The notes beneath the pieces were generated by a model. The model was given only the letters and a program-made list of their open reading frames with translations, searched no databases and was not told the origin of the DNA. Below are positions 13,987 to 27,641 of a stretch of DNA of 64,000 nucleotides, one piece after another. The DNA is from Eledone cirrhosa. Lineage: Eukaryota. The stretch spans positions 41,168,001 through 41,232,000 of the forward strand of contig OZ024749.1 in the NCBI GenBank assembly GCA_964016885.1. Direction: 5' to 3'. Made by a program: the position numbers and the translations under genes. Numbering within the stretch: position 1 is the first letter of the stretch; the number at the start of each line of letters is the position of its first letter.

Positions 13987-14646
13987 GTGTGCATGTGAGT
14001 ATATATATATGTGTGTGTGTGTGTGAGTATATATATATGTGTGTGTGTGTGTGTATGATACTATATATATATATATATGTCAAAATCAGATCTGTGTGTG
14101 AATCAAGGTCCTCTGACCTGATCTCTCACAAAGGAACTGTCCATCCTGCCCATGCTAGTGTGGAAAATGGACATTAAACGATGATGGTATATATATATAT
14201 GTGTGTGTATATATATATATATATATTAGTCAAAAATGGTTTTCCAAAGAGGATCGGGAAGAAACCACAAACAAATGAAACAGTTCTAGTCCTGTAGAAG
14301 CCATTTCTATATGAAATGTATATATGTTCCTTCTCTGTTAATATATTGAGTACCTTATTCAACTGTGGTTTCTTCCTCACTCCCTTTCGAAAAGCATTAT
14401 TAATTTCATATATATACACACACACACATATATATACATATATATATATACACATACATCCACACAAAGTAAATATTTCCAGAGATATAAAACTTGAAGC
14501 AATGGATTCTAAACAATACCAATGTCTTCTATTGTCACTGAGATTAGCCTAAAATCATTCCCCATTCAACTCTTTCAACCATTTTTTCTTCTTTCTCTGT
14601 TTCTTCTTCTTCACCAAAACATATTTTTTTCTCATCTTAAGTCTGT

Positions 14647-14677
<31 letters not shown>

Positions 14678-14839
14678 CATTTTATTTTTATATCTCTTTA
14701 TTCATTCACTTATTATTTGAGCAACAAATTACTTCTTGTTCACCTCCACCACTACTGCCACCACCACCATCTATATTTACATTATCGTCTTCAGTGCAGC
14801 TTGTTTATTTACAGAACTCCTTCAGTAAGTATGGGGATC

Positions 14840-15125
14840 TAACCCCATTAGTAACATGCAAACTCCATTAGCAACATCTACACTCTATTAGCAACACCCA
14901 GCCCCAATATCAATGTCAAAAATCTGTTGGCAACATCCAAATTCAGTTAGCAACACACAAGCAATCATTCCAGATACTACTTACAACATCCACACTCTGT
15001 TAGCTAGGCTCTTCATTAGCAAGATCCAGCTTCCATTAGGAACATCCAGATACCATTAGCAACATCAGAAATCCATTAGCAATACCCAGGTCCCACTGGC
15101 AATATTCAAGCCCCATTATCAACCT
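14840..15125. repeat. Degenerate ~20-bp minisatellite (CCATTAGCAACATCCA..)
   Basis: ATTAGCAACA motif recurring at ~20-nt spacing. Confidence 0.75.
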
Positions 15126-15226
15126 TTTAATTCCAACACCCATATATATATAAATATGCAACCATGGAATAGCAGATGTAAAAACGATGACGATCTATAC
15201 ATATGTTATATTATATTATATAATAT

Positions 15227-15272
<46 letters not shown>

Positions 15273-18200
15273 TATATAAATATATATGTAGACTGTTCAT
15301 TTTCCTGACATTTGTACATTATTCTATGTACTATACATGCACCTTTGATGAGTTGTAGTGCACCTGAGCACTGTATACAATAATTTTATTATATATATAT
15401 ATAATGAGAGAGAGAGAGAGGGGGTTTTCTGGAGAGGAGCAGAAAGAAACCACTGTGAGATATAGTACTTAAATCACCAGGAAAGTCCTGATGGTCTCAA
15501 CCAAATGAATCACTGTTAGTGAAGTCGAAGTCACTGCCATCTGAAATAAATTATTCCATGTATGTATGTATGTGTGTGTATGTACACATGTATGTGTGTA
15601 TGTATATATGTATGTAAGTATACCATCATCATTTAACGTCCATTTCCTGTGCTAACAAGGGTTGGACAGATTGTCACAGACTGAGTCAATACTCAAGAAT
15701 CCTCAGAACCATTGTTTGGTAAGTTTTCTATGTCTTGAAGCCCTTCCTAACACTAACCACTGGCTGTGTTTAATATATATCTATCTCCAACACTAGAGCG
15801 GTGCACATGCCATAGAATCAACTAGGGTGTCATTTCAGCCCTTTAGTTTCTACAGTGAAATGCCTTTCTTATTACCACAATCTTACTGGGTGTACTGGGT
15901 GCATATCGTGTCTGTGTGGTTAAGGAGCTCCTTTGCAACCGTATGATTTCAAGTTCAGTCCCACTGTTTCTCCTCCTCATCATCATCATCACTATCCTCA
16001 TATACCACACACCACCACCATCACCATCATCACCACCACTATCCTCAGCAGCAACATAATCACCATCAATTGCACCACCATATACCATACACTACCACCA
16101 TACCACACACCACCACCAATACTTAGAACATCATCTTCATCATGAAAGTGATGAACCAATGACAACCTCATTAATTTAATGATTTACAGAAAAGGTTAAC
16201 ACTTTGATATTGGTAAGTTGTCATAGAGATATTTTTGTATGTGGTGGTGATGGTGATGGTGCTGGTGTTGGAATGGTGGTGTGGTTGTGTTGGTGTTGGT
16301 GTTGGAATGGTGGCATGGTTGTCATCATGATGGTGTGGTAGTTGTAGTGGTGGTGATGTTGGAATGGTGGTATGGTGATTGTGGTGGTGTTGGGAATAGC
16401 GGTATGGTGATTGTAGTGGTGTTGGAATGGTGGCATGGTTGTCATCATGATGGTGTGGTAGTTGTAGTGGTGGTGATGTTGGAATGGTGGTATGGTGATT
16501 GTGGTGGTGTTGGAATGGCGGTATGGTGGTTGTGTGGTGTTGGAATGGTGGTATGGTGGTTGTGATGATGGTGTGGGGGTGATGATATGGTGGTGGTTTA
16601 TAGGGAGGGCATCCAGTCAGAAACATCATGCCAAAAAAATCAGCAGCACTTTCATCATTGTTGTCATTGTCTCCAACCCATGCAAGCATGGGAAAGCAGC
16701 CTTAAAACTAATGATGATGATGATTTAGGATGGTCATTGCTGGAATCCCTTTGATCATAGTTTTCCACAATCAAGAGCTGATCTTGTAGTTAGATAACAA
16801 CAACAACAACAGCAACAATCAAAGCACTAATTAGTTTGAATCTATTAAATTCTTCTGTTCTTTAATCAAATCTGATGAAAGCAAAACATTATTATTAGTA
16901 TCGGTAGAGGGTCGGACGCCATGCTTTCTAGCATAGTTACGTCCCTTTACGATCTGAGTTCAAATCCCGCCGAGGTTGACTTTGCCTTTCATCCTTACGG
17001 GGTCGATAAAATAAAGTACCAGTAATGCACTGGGTAATTGCTGGCCTTGTGCCTAAAGTAGAAACAATTATTATTATTATTGTTAAGCCATAACAGATCT
17101 GCTGAAAGGAATCTTCAGATATTATGTATGTATGTATGTGCATGTGTATGTATGTATACTATATTGTATGAAATACACGGACAACTGTACCTTCCAAGGT
17201 ACTCCGAGTTTCCCAAAGCAAGTTGGTCTGACTTCATTTGTCAGCAATATATATATATATATATTAATAAATATTTGCTCTAGGGTTCTTATATATTTGA
17301 TATATATTTATCCTTATCGAGCCCTCTTTGGATTTTAGTCTTTGCATTTATTATTATTACTATATATATATATATATATATGATGAATCTAACCCATGCT
17401 AGCGTGGAAAGTGGACGTTAAACGAAGATGATGATGATGATATATATAAATATATATATATATATGGAGGCACATGGCTTAGTGGTTAGAGCATTGGCCT
17501 TACAATCGAAAGGTTGTGAGTTCAATTCTCAGGCCGGGTGATGTGTTGTTTCCTTGAGCAAGACACTTTATTTCACATTGCATCCAGCTATAAAAAAAAC
17601 GGCCAAAATGCAGTTCCATCTGAGAAAAGTACATCGCAGCCAACTGGCCAGACTTTCCTCATAACGTGAACAACCCGTCACCATTTGATATGGTCACATA
17701 TTATTTAATACACACATATACTATTCTCTAGGTCCTATTCCATTTACTATACCCATAAACCATTTAATATGATCATATACCATTTCTGTCAGTCCACTTC
17801 TCTTTCCACAAAACAAAATATTAGAAAAGTTTCTTGTTCTAGTTTCCTTACATCTGGTCAGCTGATTGACCTTCTAAAGAGAAACATAACAGAACCTATC
17901 AACAATTTGACCATTTTCTCCAGCACCAACCTTCATTTCTTTCAATACAACCACAAAAACAACCTCATTCTTCACAAATGACATCAGTCTTATTGATTTT
18001 TCTATCAAAATATATAATATTACAATACATCATAACATTTGCATAATTGATGACATTCATCATCAACTTTCAATATTGACCAATAGTTAGGGTGATGAAT
18101 TAGTAGAGAAGATACAGTGTCACTTTTAACATCCTGTTATGATTTAGCAGAAAATATCTCAAAAACAGGTTTGTTAATTCAAATGTTTATAGTATCTTTA

Positions 18201-19254
18201 CTACTGAACAGATCATTGTCAAAGTTTGTAGTACTATCCCTTAATATGCTGCAATGATTTGGCAGAAAATATCTAAAAACAAGTTTATTAATTCAAATGT
18301 TTATAGTACCTTTACTAGCTGACAGATTGTTGTAAAAAATTGCTGTATTAGAGTAAAGACTGCAATTTTTAATGTGATGCAGACATAGTTTGCAGTAAAC
18401 TGAAGTAAAGACTTGAATTTTTAATGTGATACCGTGTTGTTTTGTACTTTTCAAGAATGGTTTGGTAATGTAATTCCATGTGGTACATGATGTTAAGAGT
18501 TAAATGAATTGCAATATTAGGTTTTCTATGGTTAAATGCCATTAGTACTTGAAATTTTAAACTTAGCTAAATGACCCTCAGTTCTACCTTATTTATAAAC
18601 ATATGCACAAGGGCATCCAACTATGGGAAACCTGCCAAACAAAGGGCCGGAATGACCCTTCAGCTGCATCAAAGACATAACAACCTTCTTAGGGCTGGTG
18701 TCATAATAAAATACACTTGGTAGAGCATGGGGTCATATATATAAGTGAGATGCAGGCTTCCAGTCCATCCAATATCATCCTCATTTCCAGTCCATCTGGA
18801 AATGAGGATGATATTGATGAGACAATGATGATGATAATTATTGTGACAAAAATGAGAATAATGATGGTGATGGTCATTAAGAAGATCAGGACATGATAAC
18901 GACAACAAAGACATCTAAATGACATCAGCAGCAGCAACAACAACATCAGCATCAACAACAATGATAATAGTGATAATTGTTTCTAGTTCTTTCTATATAA
19001 GAGAGAAGAAGAGTAAGGGTGGTGGAAGGCGAAGTAGGTGTGGGAGGGAGGAAGTTGTGGGAGTTCTATCCATGGAAAGGTCAATGGAGTCAAGTAGATC
19101 ATTTTTCCAATCTGGTGAAATGAACCATAATTCTTTTGTATGGAATAGAAAAGTTTCAGTAGAAAACACTCACTTGATAGCTCTGCCTTTGTATGTGGGG
19201 ACACGCACATATATATGTATATATGTATATATATATGTGTATATGTATATATAT

Positions 19255-19307
<53 letters not shown>

Positions 19308-19522
19308 TATATGTATATAATGTATATATATATATCATCATCATCATCATGATATATATACATTACATACATATACATATACATATATATGTGAAATATA
19401 TATAATAGAATAAATATGGTTTTATAAATATAGTTTCCATTTATATATATATATATATATATATATTTCGTTTCTGAATTTGTTTAGCAAGATTCTTTAT
19501 CTGAAATCGTGTGTTGAAACCG

Positions 19523-19713
19523 ATATTGTTATACTTTGGGAGGGTCATGTTGCCAATAAGAAACACAAGCACCAGTTGCTTTCACTTCAATTTATTATTA
19601 TAATAAATTTATAATAAATTTATTATAAATTTATTATAATAATAAATTGAAGTGAAAGCACTGGTGCGTGTGTTTCTTATTGGCAACATGACCCTCCCAA
19701 AGTATAACAATAT
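19523..19713. repeat. ~190-bp near-perfect palindrome with essentially no loop
   Basis: ATATTGTTATACTTTGGGAGGGTCATGTTGCCAATAAG... mirrored about 19618/19619. Confidence 0.92.
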
Positions 19714-20859
19714 ATATATATATATGTATATATATATATGTATATGTATATGCATATATACAGGTGCAAGGTATGATATAATATACATGTTGGCCCTTGA
19801 CATGTTCTGTGTGCCTAGACCTTTCCAAAATGTGTATATGTAAGATATGATATAATATACAAGGGTTATTGAGGCGTTTATGAGAGCATCTACCGTTTCA
19901 AATTCGTATATGTAAGATATGATATAATATGCATGTGGGCTATTGAGGTTTTCTCTGTGCTTCAGACCTTTCCAAGTTTGTATATAACTTCTAAAAAAAA
20001 ACTATAAAAAACTCATGTCATTTTAAGAAGAGCACCCTATCTTTATAAGGGCCAGAAAGCAGTCATATTCCACCCTGAAAAATTCACTCAGTTGCTTCTG
20101 CTCCTCAGAACTGGCTGTCCTCATATAACCTCCACCCAGACACACTTCACTCATCCTTTTGTCATCCACATTGTGCCCACAACAATAAATACCACATCCA
20201 ATCCTTCTTTCTCAATGCATTGATTCTCCTGGTAATGTCTTTGATGATTATGTAATGATTATATAATTTGTATTTGTGTGTAAATATGTGTATGTGTGTG
20301 CATAAGTGTGAATGTATGTGCCTGGAAATATATGTCGTCTGTGTGTGTATGTCTCTATATGTGTGAATGTGTGTACCTGTAAATATATGTATGCGTGTAT
20401 GTAGGTGTATAAGTGTGAATGTGTGCACCTGTAAATATATGTCGTGTGGAATTCATTTCCTCAAAGCTGAAATATTTATATATCATCATCATTAAAAAAA
20501 AATAAATAAATACAAAACTAACAGTAAATTATGCTGATTTTCTCGGTATTTCAGAAAGTCTATTAATGGTCTGAAGCGATAAACTTAAGAGCAAGGTATA
20601 TATTTCAGAAATTGTAATTAAAAAAAAAAAATAGGTCAAATACCTCTTTCCTTTCCCCTCAAAAGAAAATACAAAAAGAAAAGATGATTTAAAAAAAGTA
20701 AATTTATGCACGTTACATAACTCAATGAAAATTAAACTTATATATTTTCTAATAACTTTGATATAAAAGTGAAATAATTTTATAATTTTGTTTAAGATAA
20801 TATTTTTTTTCATGATGGAGCAGACGAAAAAATAAATATTCGGTGTGGACATGAAAATT

Positions 20860-20945
20860 TCTACTTCCTCTGTTGAATGTTGTTGATAGCATCCGGGTTA
20901 CTGACGGAAGCCAAGCAAGCAGACGACTTCCTGTTCCGCCATCGG
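20860..20945. promoter_or_regulatory. Candidate core promoter for NALCN, possibly bidirectional
   Basis: Local CpG rise; three ETS-type GGAA cores (ACTTCCT 20863, CGGAAG 20905, ACTTCCTG 20926) and YY1-like CCGCCAT (20936); strong donor 150 nt downstream. Confidence 0.55.
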
Positions 20946-21088
20946 GATGCGATTTATAAGTACGTTTGATTCATTTTTAAACAAATTTCACCCGTCTTTC
21001 TTTACCACCAAATATTCCATTCACATGTTAACGCAGCCGCTTTACCTGTCCAGACAAGCTTGAGGACGTTCCTACCTTGATATACAAG
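20940..21088 (+). other. Candidate non-coding first exon of NALCN (start approximate)
   Basis: Unique CpG-rich sequence ending in consensus donor CAAG|GTGAGA (GT at 21089); no earlier NALCN exon seen. Confidence 0.5.
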
Positions 21089-22209
21089 GTGAGACGCCCG
21101 ACATTTTTCTTAGCTCATCTCTTTTACCACCCCATCCTTTTTTGCCCCACCTCCCCTCTCCCTGTATATATTTATGTATATATCTATAATCCCCTCTCTC
21201 TTGCCTCCCTGTATATATTTATATATATATATATATCTACACCAGCTCTCTCTTGTATTTCTCCCTGTATATATTTATGTATATATCTATAACTCCCCCT
21301 CTTTCTTCATGTATATATATATATATATATGACCCCTCCCGTTTGTCTTTCTGTCTGTCTCTCTGTATATATCTATATCCCCCTCTCTTTCTTCCTGTGT
21401 ATATATTTATTTATACATACACATATATTTATGTATATATCTATAATCCTCTCTCTTGCCTTTCTGTTTGTATATATCTACGCCACCTCTTGTTCTCCAT
21501 GTATATATTTATGTATATATCTACATCATCTCTTTCTCCCTCTATATATTTATGTATATATCTATAACCTCTCTCTCATGTCTTTCTCTCTTATATGTTG
21601 TGTGTGTGTGTGTAAAATTATATCCTGTCTTCTCTCTCTCTTCTCCACATCTCTCGCTTCCCCTTCTCTCCCGATCTGTTATCTTTTATGTACCTTTCTT
21701 TCTCTCCATTATTCGCTTAGTCTTTCTCATCGCCGACCCCTCTCTCTCTTATTCCCATTCCTTTCTCCTATCGCTTTTGTCTCTCTTCTATGATCACTTG
21801 TCTCTCTCTTTCTCCTATAATCACTTGTCTCTCTCTTTCTCCTATAATCACTTCTCTTTCTCTTCTACAATCACTTCTCTCCTTTTTTACCCTTACCTTT
21901 ATCCTTTCTATTTATTTGTTTCTCTCTCTCTTCCTTCTCTAATCATTTCTATCTCTCTCATTTCTCTCTTTCTCTCATCTCTTACATATCTCTCTTTCTT
22001 CTATCTCTCAGCTCTTCTTAGATATCTCTCTTTCTCTCTCATTCTCCTGTCACCCCTTCTTACATCTCTCTCTCTCTCTCTCTTCCCCACCACCACCACA
22101 CTCTCACCATTCCAATGGCCAGACCTGCTACCTGTACCAACCTTCCTTCCTTCCGTTTTCTCCTTGTGTCTAAGTTTATATTATTAGGTAAGAAAGATAA
22201 ACTATCGCC

Positions 22210-22530
22210 CTTCATAGAATTTAGGAGTTCTTTCATAGGATTTAGAAGGTTCTTCAAGAAATTCTTCGTGGAATTTGGAGGGTTCTTCACAAAATTTGGG
22301 CGATCCTTCATAGAATCTAGAGGTTCCATTACAAAATCCAGATGGTCCTTCATAGAATCTAGATGTTCTTCATAGAATTTAGGGGCTCTTTCATAGAATT
22401 TAGGGGTTCTTTCAAAGAATTTAGGTCATCCTTCGTAGAATTTAGAGGTTCTTTCAAAGAATTTAGGGGATCCTTCATAGAATCTAGGGGTTATTTCATA
22501 GTTTAGGAATGAGGCCTTCATAGAATTTAG
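22210..22530. repeat. Degenerate ~21-bp minisatellite (TTCATAGAATTTAGG..)
   Basis: About 15 diverged units. Confidence 0.8.
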
Positions 22531-23629
22531 GTGGTCATTCTTTCTGTTGTTATTGTTACTGACTCCCCGTTCTTTCTAACTGTTGTTGATCCTCTCCTTG
22601 TTCTTATTGTCGTTGTTTTAATTATTTAGCCCCAGGTTAGTTTCGATTGAACAGCTAGGTCTATGAAACCAAAAGACATTCCAGACGTGGCCATCTCATT
22701 TTTTTTTTTATATAACTAGGATTACGTTCTCCTATGTGTCATTCCAATTTTCCTTTTTAGGGGCGATACAAAGGGATTTGGAGGAAATAACCGTATAGAT
22801 GTTCGATCGTTGGTTACTGTTGTTGTTCTCAATATATCTTCTTCCTTTCCATGTTGTTGTACAACCCCAGGTCAACCGTAGCTAAGCAACAGGTCTATGA
22901 CCTAAGACGATCTAATCGTAACCATCTCTAACCAAGCTTTTCTAATTTTTATTTTTTTTTTTTTTGAATTTTCAGTTTTTTAATTGCTTAGTTACAAGTC
23001 CAATATCTTTTATTCAGACATAGTGTATTACAGAACTATATTATCAAATTTCTTCTTCCAATCGTTCTTAATTATCTTTGTACCTTGTCCCCACCCAACA
23101 CCTCAAACAATTTGAGGCCCTACCCCTCAATATACAACCATGTTTGGTGTTAAAAAGATATAATGTAAAATTTAGCACCCCATGTTCGAAATCTATACGT
23201 TTGAGGGAGATTTCGGTTGGTATTTGTAAGCAATCGAGCACTTTAAAAAAAACTGTCTTTCTTCTTAGTGGTATAGTCCTATTTTAGGGTTTTATTAAAG
23301 TGAAAGTAAAATTTCCAATCTGAAATTAGAAAACTAAAACGCGAACACAAATGACGAAACGAAATTAGTTTATGTGTGTATGTGCATATATATATATACA
23401 CACATACTTACATACACAGATTTGTATAGATGTGTAACAGATTTTGTTTCAAACATTAATTAAATGGGCATTCAATACATGTGAGCAGAGTATAAGATTT
23501 ATTTACCAAAGAAAAAGATGGCAGTGACTTCGAAGTTTCGCTGTTTATATATAATAGTTATGAGAATTTTTGGTTTCTCATTTTATATATACATATAAAT
23601 GGTATAAATTCCCCCTAAACATTTGGTTG

Positions 23630-23688
<59 letters not shown>

Positions 23689-24429
23689 CACACACACACA
23701 TCACAGTTTTCCTTTATCCTCTTCCATGTTCTTCCTCACCTGTAAAACACACACACACACACACACACACACAGACTTCACCTTCAAAACCAAATTCCAA
23801 GTTCCTTTCTGCTGTTTGTCTTTCATTCTTCGTTTTATAACTGCAGTAGCCTGATGTACACATATATATCCATTTACTTACTACTTACCAAATACCACCT
23901 GTAACACATATACCCAATCGATAATAGCACCAAGAACCAACGAGACTCTATGTGGTCGTTCGATCTGCTAGAAATAACAACCCAATTTCCTCGAATAGCC
24001 ACACATACATACTCTCATACACTCTCGCCTTAAGTATAAAGAAAGGTCACATTGGACAGTGTAGTCTTAGTCATTAAAAAAAAAAGCTGGTAATGTAAAC
24101 GGCTGGATTGTGTCTTTGATGATTCATAAGTATGTCGAGCTCTCAGATCCTGCCTGAGGTTAAACAATAACAACAATACATGTGTGTTTATATATATATA
24201 TAAAATGTCTGTGTGTACACATATAATAGAAATGTGTTGGTGTAAACAGTAGCTACTGTCGAATAGAAAGTACTCAATATGAAACGTTATAGAGTGAAAG
24301 TGTGTGTGTGTGTGTGTGTGTATATATTAATTCAAATATTAACAAAATAGATATCCTTGTGATCAATTAAATTTTATTATACATATTTCAGAGGTACTGA
24401 ATTTAAGTTTGTCATATATATATATATAT

Positions 24430-24463
<34 letters not shown>

Positions 24464-24540
24464 ACGAAGGAAATGTGGTAAGGAACCAGGTGGACCATAA
24501 CGCACCAAAGTACTCAATACTTAGGGTAGTAGAGTGGGTA

Positions 24541-24649
24541 ATAGGAACCAGTAAGACCCCGACGGCTGAGCTCAAGCCGTTTCGACGGAGTCCAGAATTA
24601 GCCGTCGAAACGGCTTGAGCTCAGCCGTCGGGGTCTTACTGGTTCCTAT
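24541..24649. repeat. Perfect GC-rich 48-bp inverted repeat, 13-nt loop
   Basis: 24541-24588 is the exact reverse complement of 24602-24649. Confidence 0.95.
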
Positions 24650-26048
24650 ATATATATATATATACCCATAATACCTTATATATATATATATATATACCCA
24701 TAATACCTTATATATATATATATACACCCATAATACCTTATATATATATATATCCATAATACCTTATATATATATATATACCCATAATACCTTATATATA
24801 TATATACCCATAATACCTTATATATATATATCTCCATAATGGGAGATATGGAGAGAGAGGGTGGGGGCAGCAGTTGGTTTTCGTTACATTTCATTTCTCA
24901 TTGTATTCCTTCCTCCAAAATAATTGATTTTATTCTAAGATAGGTCGTTAGTTCAATGCCTCAGATGTATAGAAATGGGGGGTGGGATGAGATTGTGTGG
25001 CTTTCATTTCATTGTCTTTAATATAATAGAAATTGTCTCGAACGGTGAATAATAATAGAAGAAGTAGTGTTGGTGGGGAGGGAAACAATTTCACCTTAGT
25101 ATTTGACTGGTACTTGATTTTATTGATCCCTATAAGGATGAAGGGTAGGTTTGGAACGAGAATAAGAAAAATAATTGTTTTTACTTTTTGGCACAAGGCC
25201 AGCAAATACCCAGTTAATTACTGGTACTTTATTTTATCGACCCCCGTCAAAGTTAACCTCGACGGGTTAAGAAAAAGAGAATAAGAAAAATAATGATCTT
25301 AATTTTGGCACAAGACCAGTAATATTGGTTGAACGGGTACGTCGATTATATAATCCCTAGTACATTACTGGTATTTTATCGATCCCTGCCGGAGGGGGTG
25401 AAAGGTAAAATTGACCTCAGCGGTATTTAAACTCCGAAAGTAAAGAGCCGGAACGAATACAGCGAGACATTATGTCTAGCGCTCTACTGATTCTTCCAAT
25501 AATGATAGTGACAGATACATTTGCTTCTTTAAATCATTAATCACAGCCAAGATCTGTGGCAAAGGAAGTGGTGGGGAGCAAGGGTTGATGATCTTTATGC
25601 CTTTCCCCAAGGTCGTTAGTGACGTAATTGAAAATAGTTCCAACTTGGAATCGAAACCCGAGTCTTGTTCCTCGTTCACCGACAATTTGCACCTGTCTGC
25701 TCCATGTCTCTCATCACAAACCTTTCTTCACCTCTTTTCTTTCTTTTCCCGTAGATATATATATATTTTATACCAATATATTATTGGTACTTACTCTGGC
25801 ATAATCCTATTTTAGGGTTCCATTAAATAGGCAGGGCAATTTCCGGCTCTCACTACAAATGTCTTTCCTACTTCTTTTTTTTCCATTAAAATATTTATAT
25901 ATATGTTGTTATATTTTTGTACCAGTATAACATTTAGCAAAGCATAGTCCTATTTTAGAGTTCCATTAAATTGAAGTGCAATTTCCGGATAGAAAGCTGA
26001 AATGTAAACAACGAAACGTACTTTCTGTTTCTGTTCGAAAAAAACGGA

Positions 26049-26120
<72 letters not shown>

Positions 26121-26217
26121 TAAGCTCAAAAGATGTATACTCCAGTCCTACAAATTGTAGAGTGCTTCTTATCCGATATCTGCATTGCTTTATTGTACTA
26201 CAATAAAACTCACCTCC

Positions 26218-26259
<42 letters not shown>

Positions 26260-27219
26260 TGGTAAATATCGCTGCCACATGAAGACGGTTCTAGTGACTT
26301 TCTGATTGTCTACATAGACATAGGATTTCATTTCCACCGTATTTAACAACTTCCCTTCTTCATAATTACTGTGTATATATGTATATGTGTGTGTGTCTGT
26401 CTGTGTGTAAAGAGAAAGACAAACACTAATTTCGTTCCGTCATTTCTGTTTACGTTTTGGTTTTCGATTTTACATCTGGGAATTTTCCTACATACATCCA
26501 TACACAAACACACACACACACACATATACATGTATATATCATATGTATATATACATATATACACATGTATATATACATACGTACATACATACACACACAT
26601 TTATAGAAGAGATTAAGTTATATTAAGGTCGAGTCAGTAGCCTGTTAATCTGGAGTTTCTCCTGTAAGATTACAGGCTCATCATACTTAATCTGAATTGC
26701 CTCCTTGTTCATTGCAAGTCCTGTTGCCATAGCAATCTTGGCATGTGTTTCTTTCTTTTCTGTATGTGTGTATTAAAGGTTTGACACTCAAGAAGTCATT
26801 AATGTGTGCTATCAAAGACAATTTCTTCCTTCTGACGTCTGTGTACTTATCTGTCTATCTGTTTGTTTAGCAGTTTGTCTCTGTGTCTATTTAGTAGTTT
26901 GTATATCCTATCTAAATGGCTGTCTAACCACCTGTCTGTCTGTCTATATCTTACCAAATATCTATCTGTCTGTCTGTCTCAGTCTTTATATCTATCTATC
27001 TAAAGGGCTGTCTAACCACCTGTCTGTCTGTCTTTATATCTATCTAAATGACTGGCTAACTAGCTAGCTATATCTGTCGGTCTATCTATCCAACCATTTA
27101 TTTCTACAACTATCTGTTAGCTTCATTTTGCCAATTGTCTATCCCTCTCTTTCTCTATCTTTCTTCATCATCCTCTATTCATCTGTCACTTTCAGTTACT
27201 TCACTACATCTTGTTAATC

Positions 27220-27251
<32 letters not shown>

Positions 27252-27399
27252 CACAAACGCACCCCATACTTGCCCATCCAACCGCACTACCATACACACT
27301 TCTGCTAAAACTATATTTTATTCCTACATACATACATCCAGTCCAAATAAATGAGATAATGAGATTGAGATTGTGTAGGTGTCACGAGAAAAAAAAAAC

Positions 27400-27603
27400 A
27401 CACAGTCCACGCTGTAATGTGGTTGTGTAGGTAACGCGGTAAAAAGTTCCCAGTTCCACACTGTAAATGTTAGGAAGGGCATCCAGATAGTCCTATATGA
27501 GCGAGACATGGTCACCCGACCAACCTTGCCTCAAGTGGGACAACTCTCGTCTAACCCATGCTAGCATGGAAAATGGACGTTAAACGATGATGATGATGAT
27601 GAT
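27400..27603 (+). mobile_element. SINE family C with RTE-like 3' tail; other copies ~39490-39750(-), 43455-43605(-), 46335-46485(+), 59370-59545(-)
   Basis: GGAAGGGCATCCAG ... AACCCATGCTAGCATGGAAAATGGACGTTAAACG(ATG)n. Confidence 0.8.
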
Positions 27604-27604
27604 A

Positions 27605-27641
<37 letters not shown>

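Noticed and set aside
14458-14548. Possible minus-strand exon ANLSDNRRHWYCLESIASSFISLEIFTLCG
   Set aside because: Acceptor lacks a pyrimidine tract, peptide not recognised, no compatible neighbouring exons
20529-20852. 107-aa minus-strand ORF beside the promoter
   Set aside because: Composition simply reflects AT-rich DNA (F/I/K/Y); no recognisable homology; more likely non-coding
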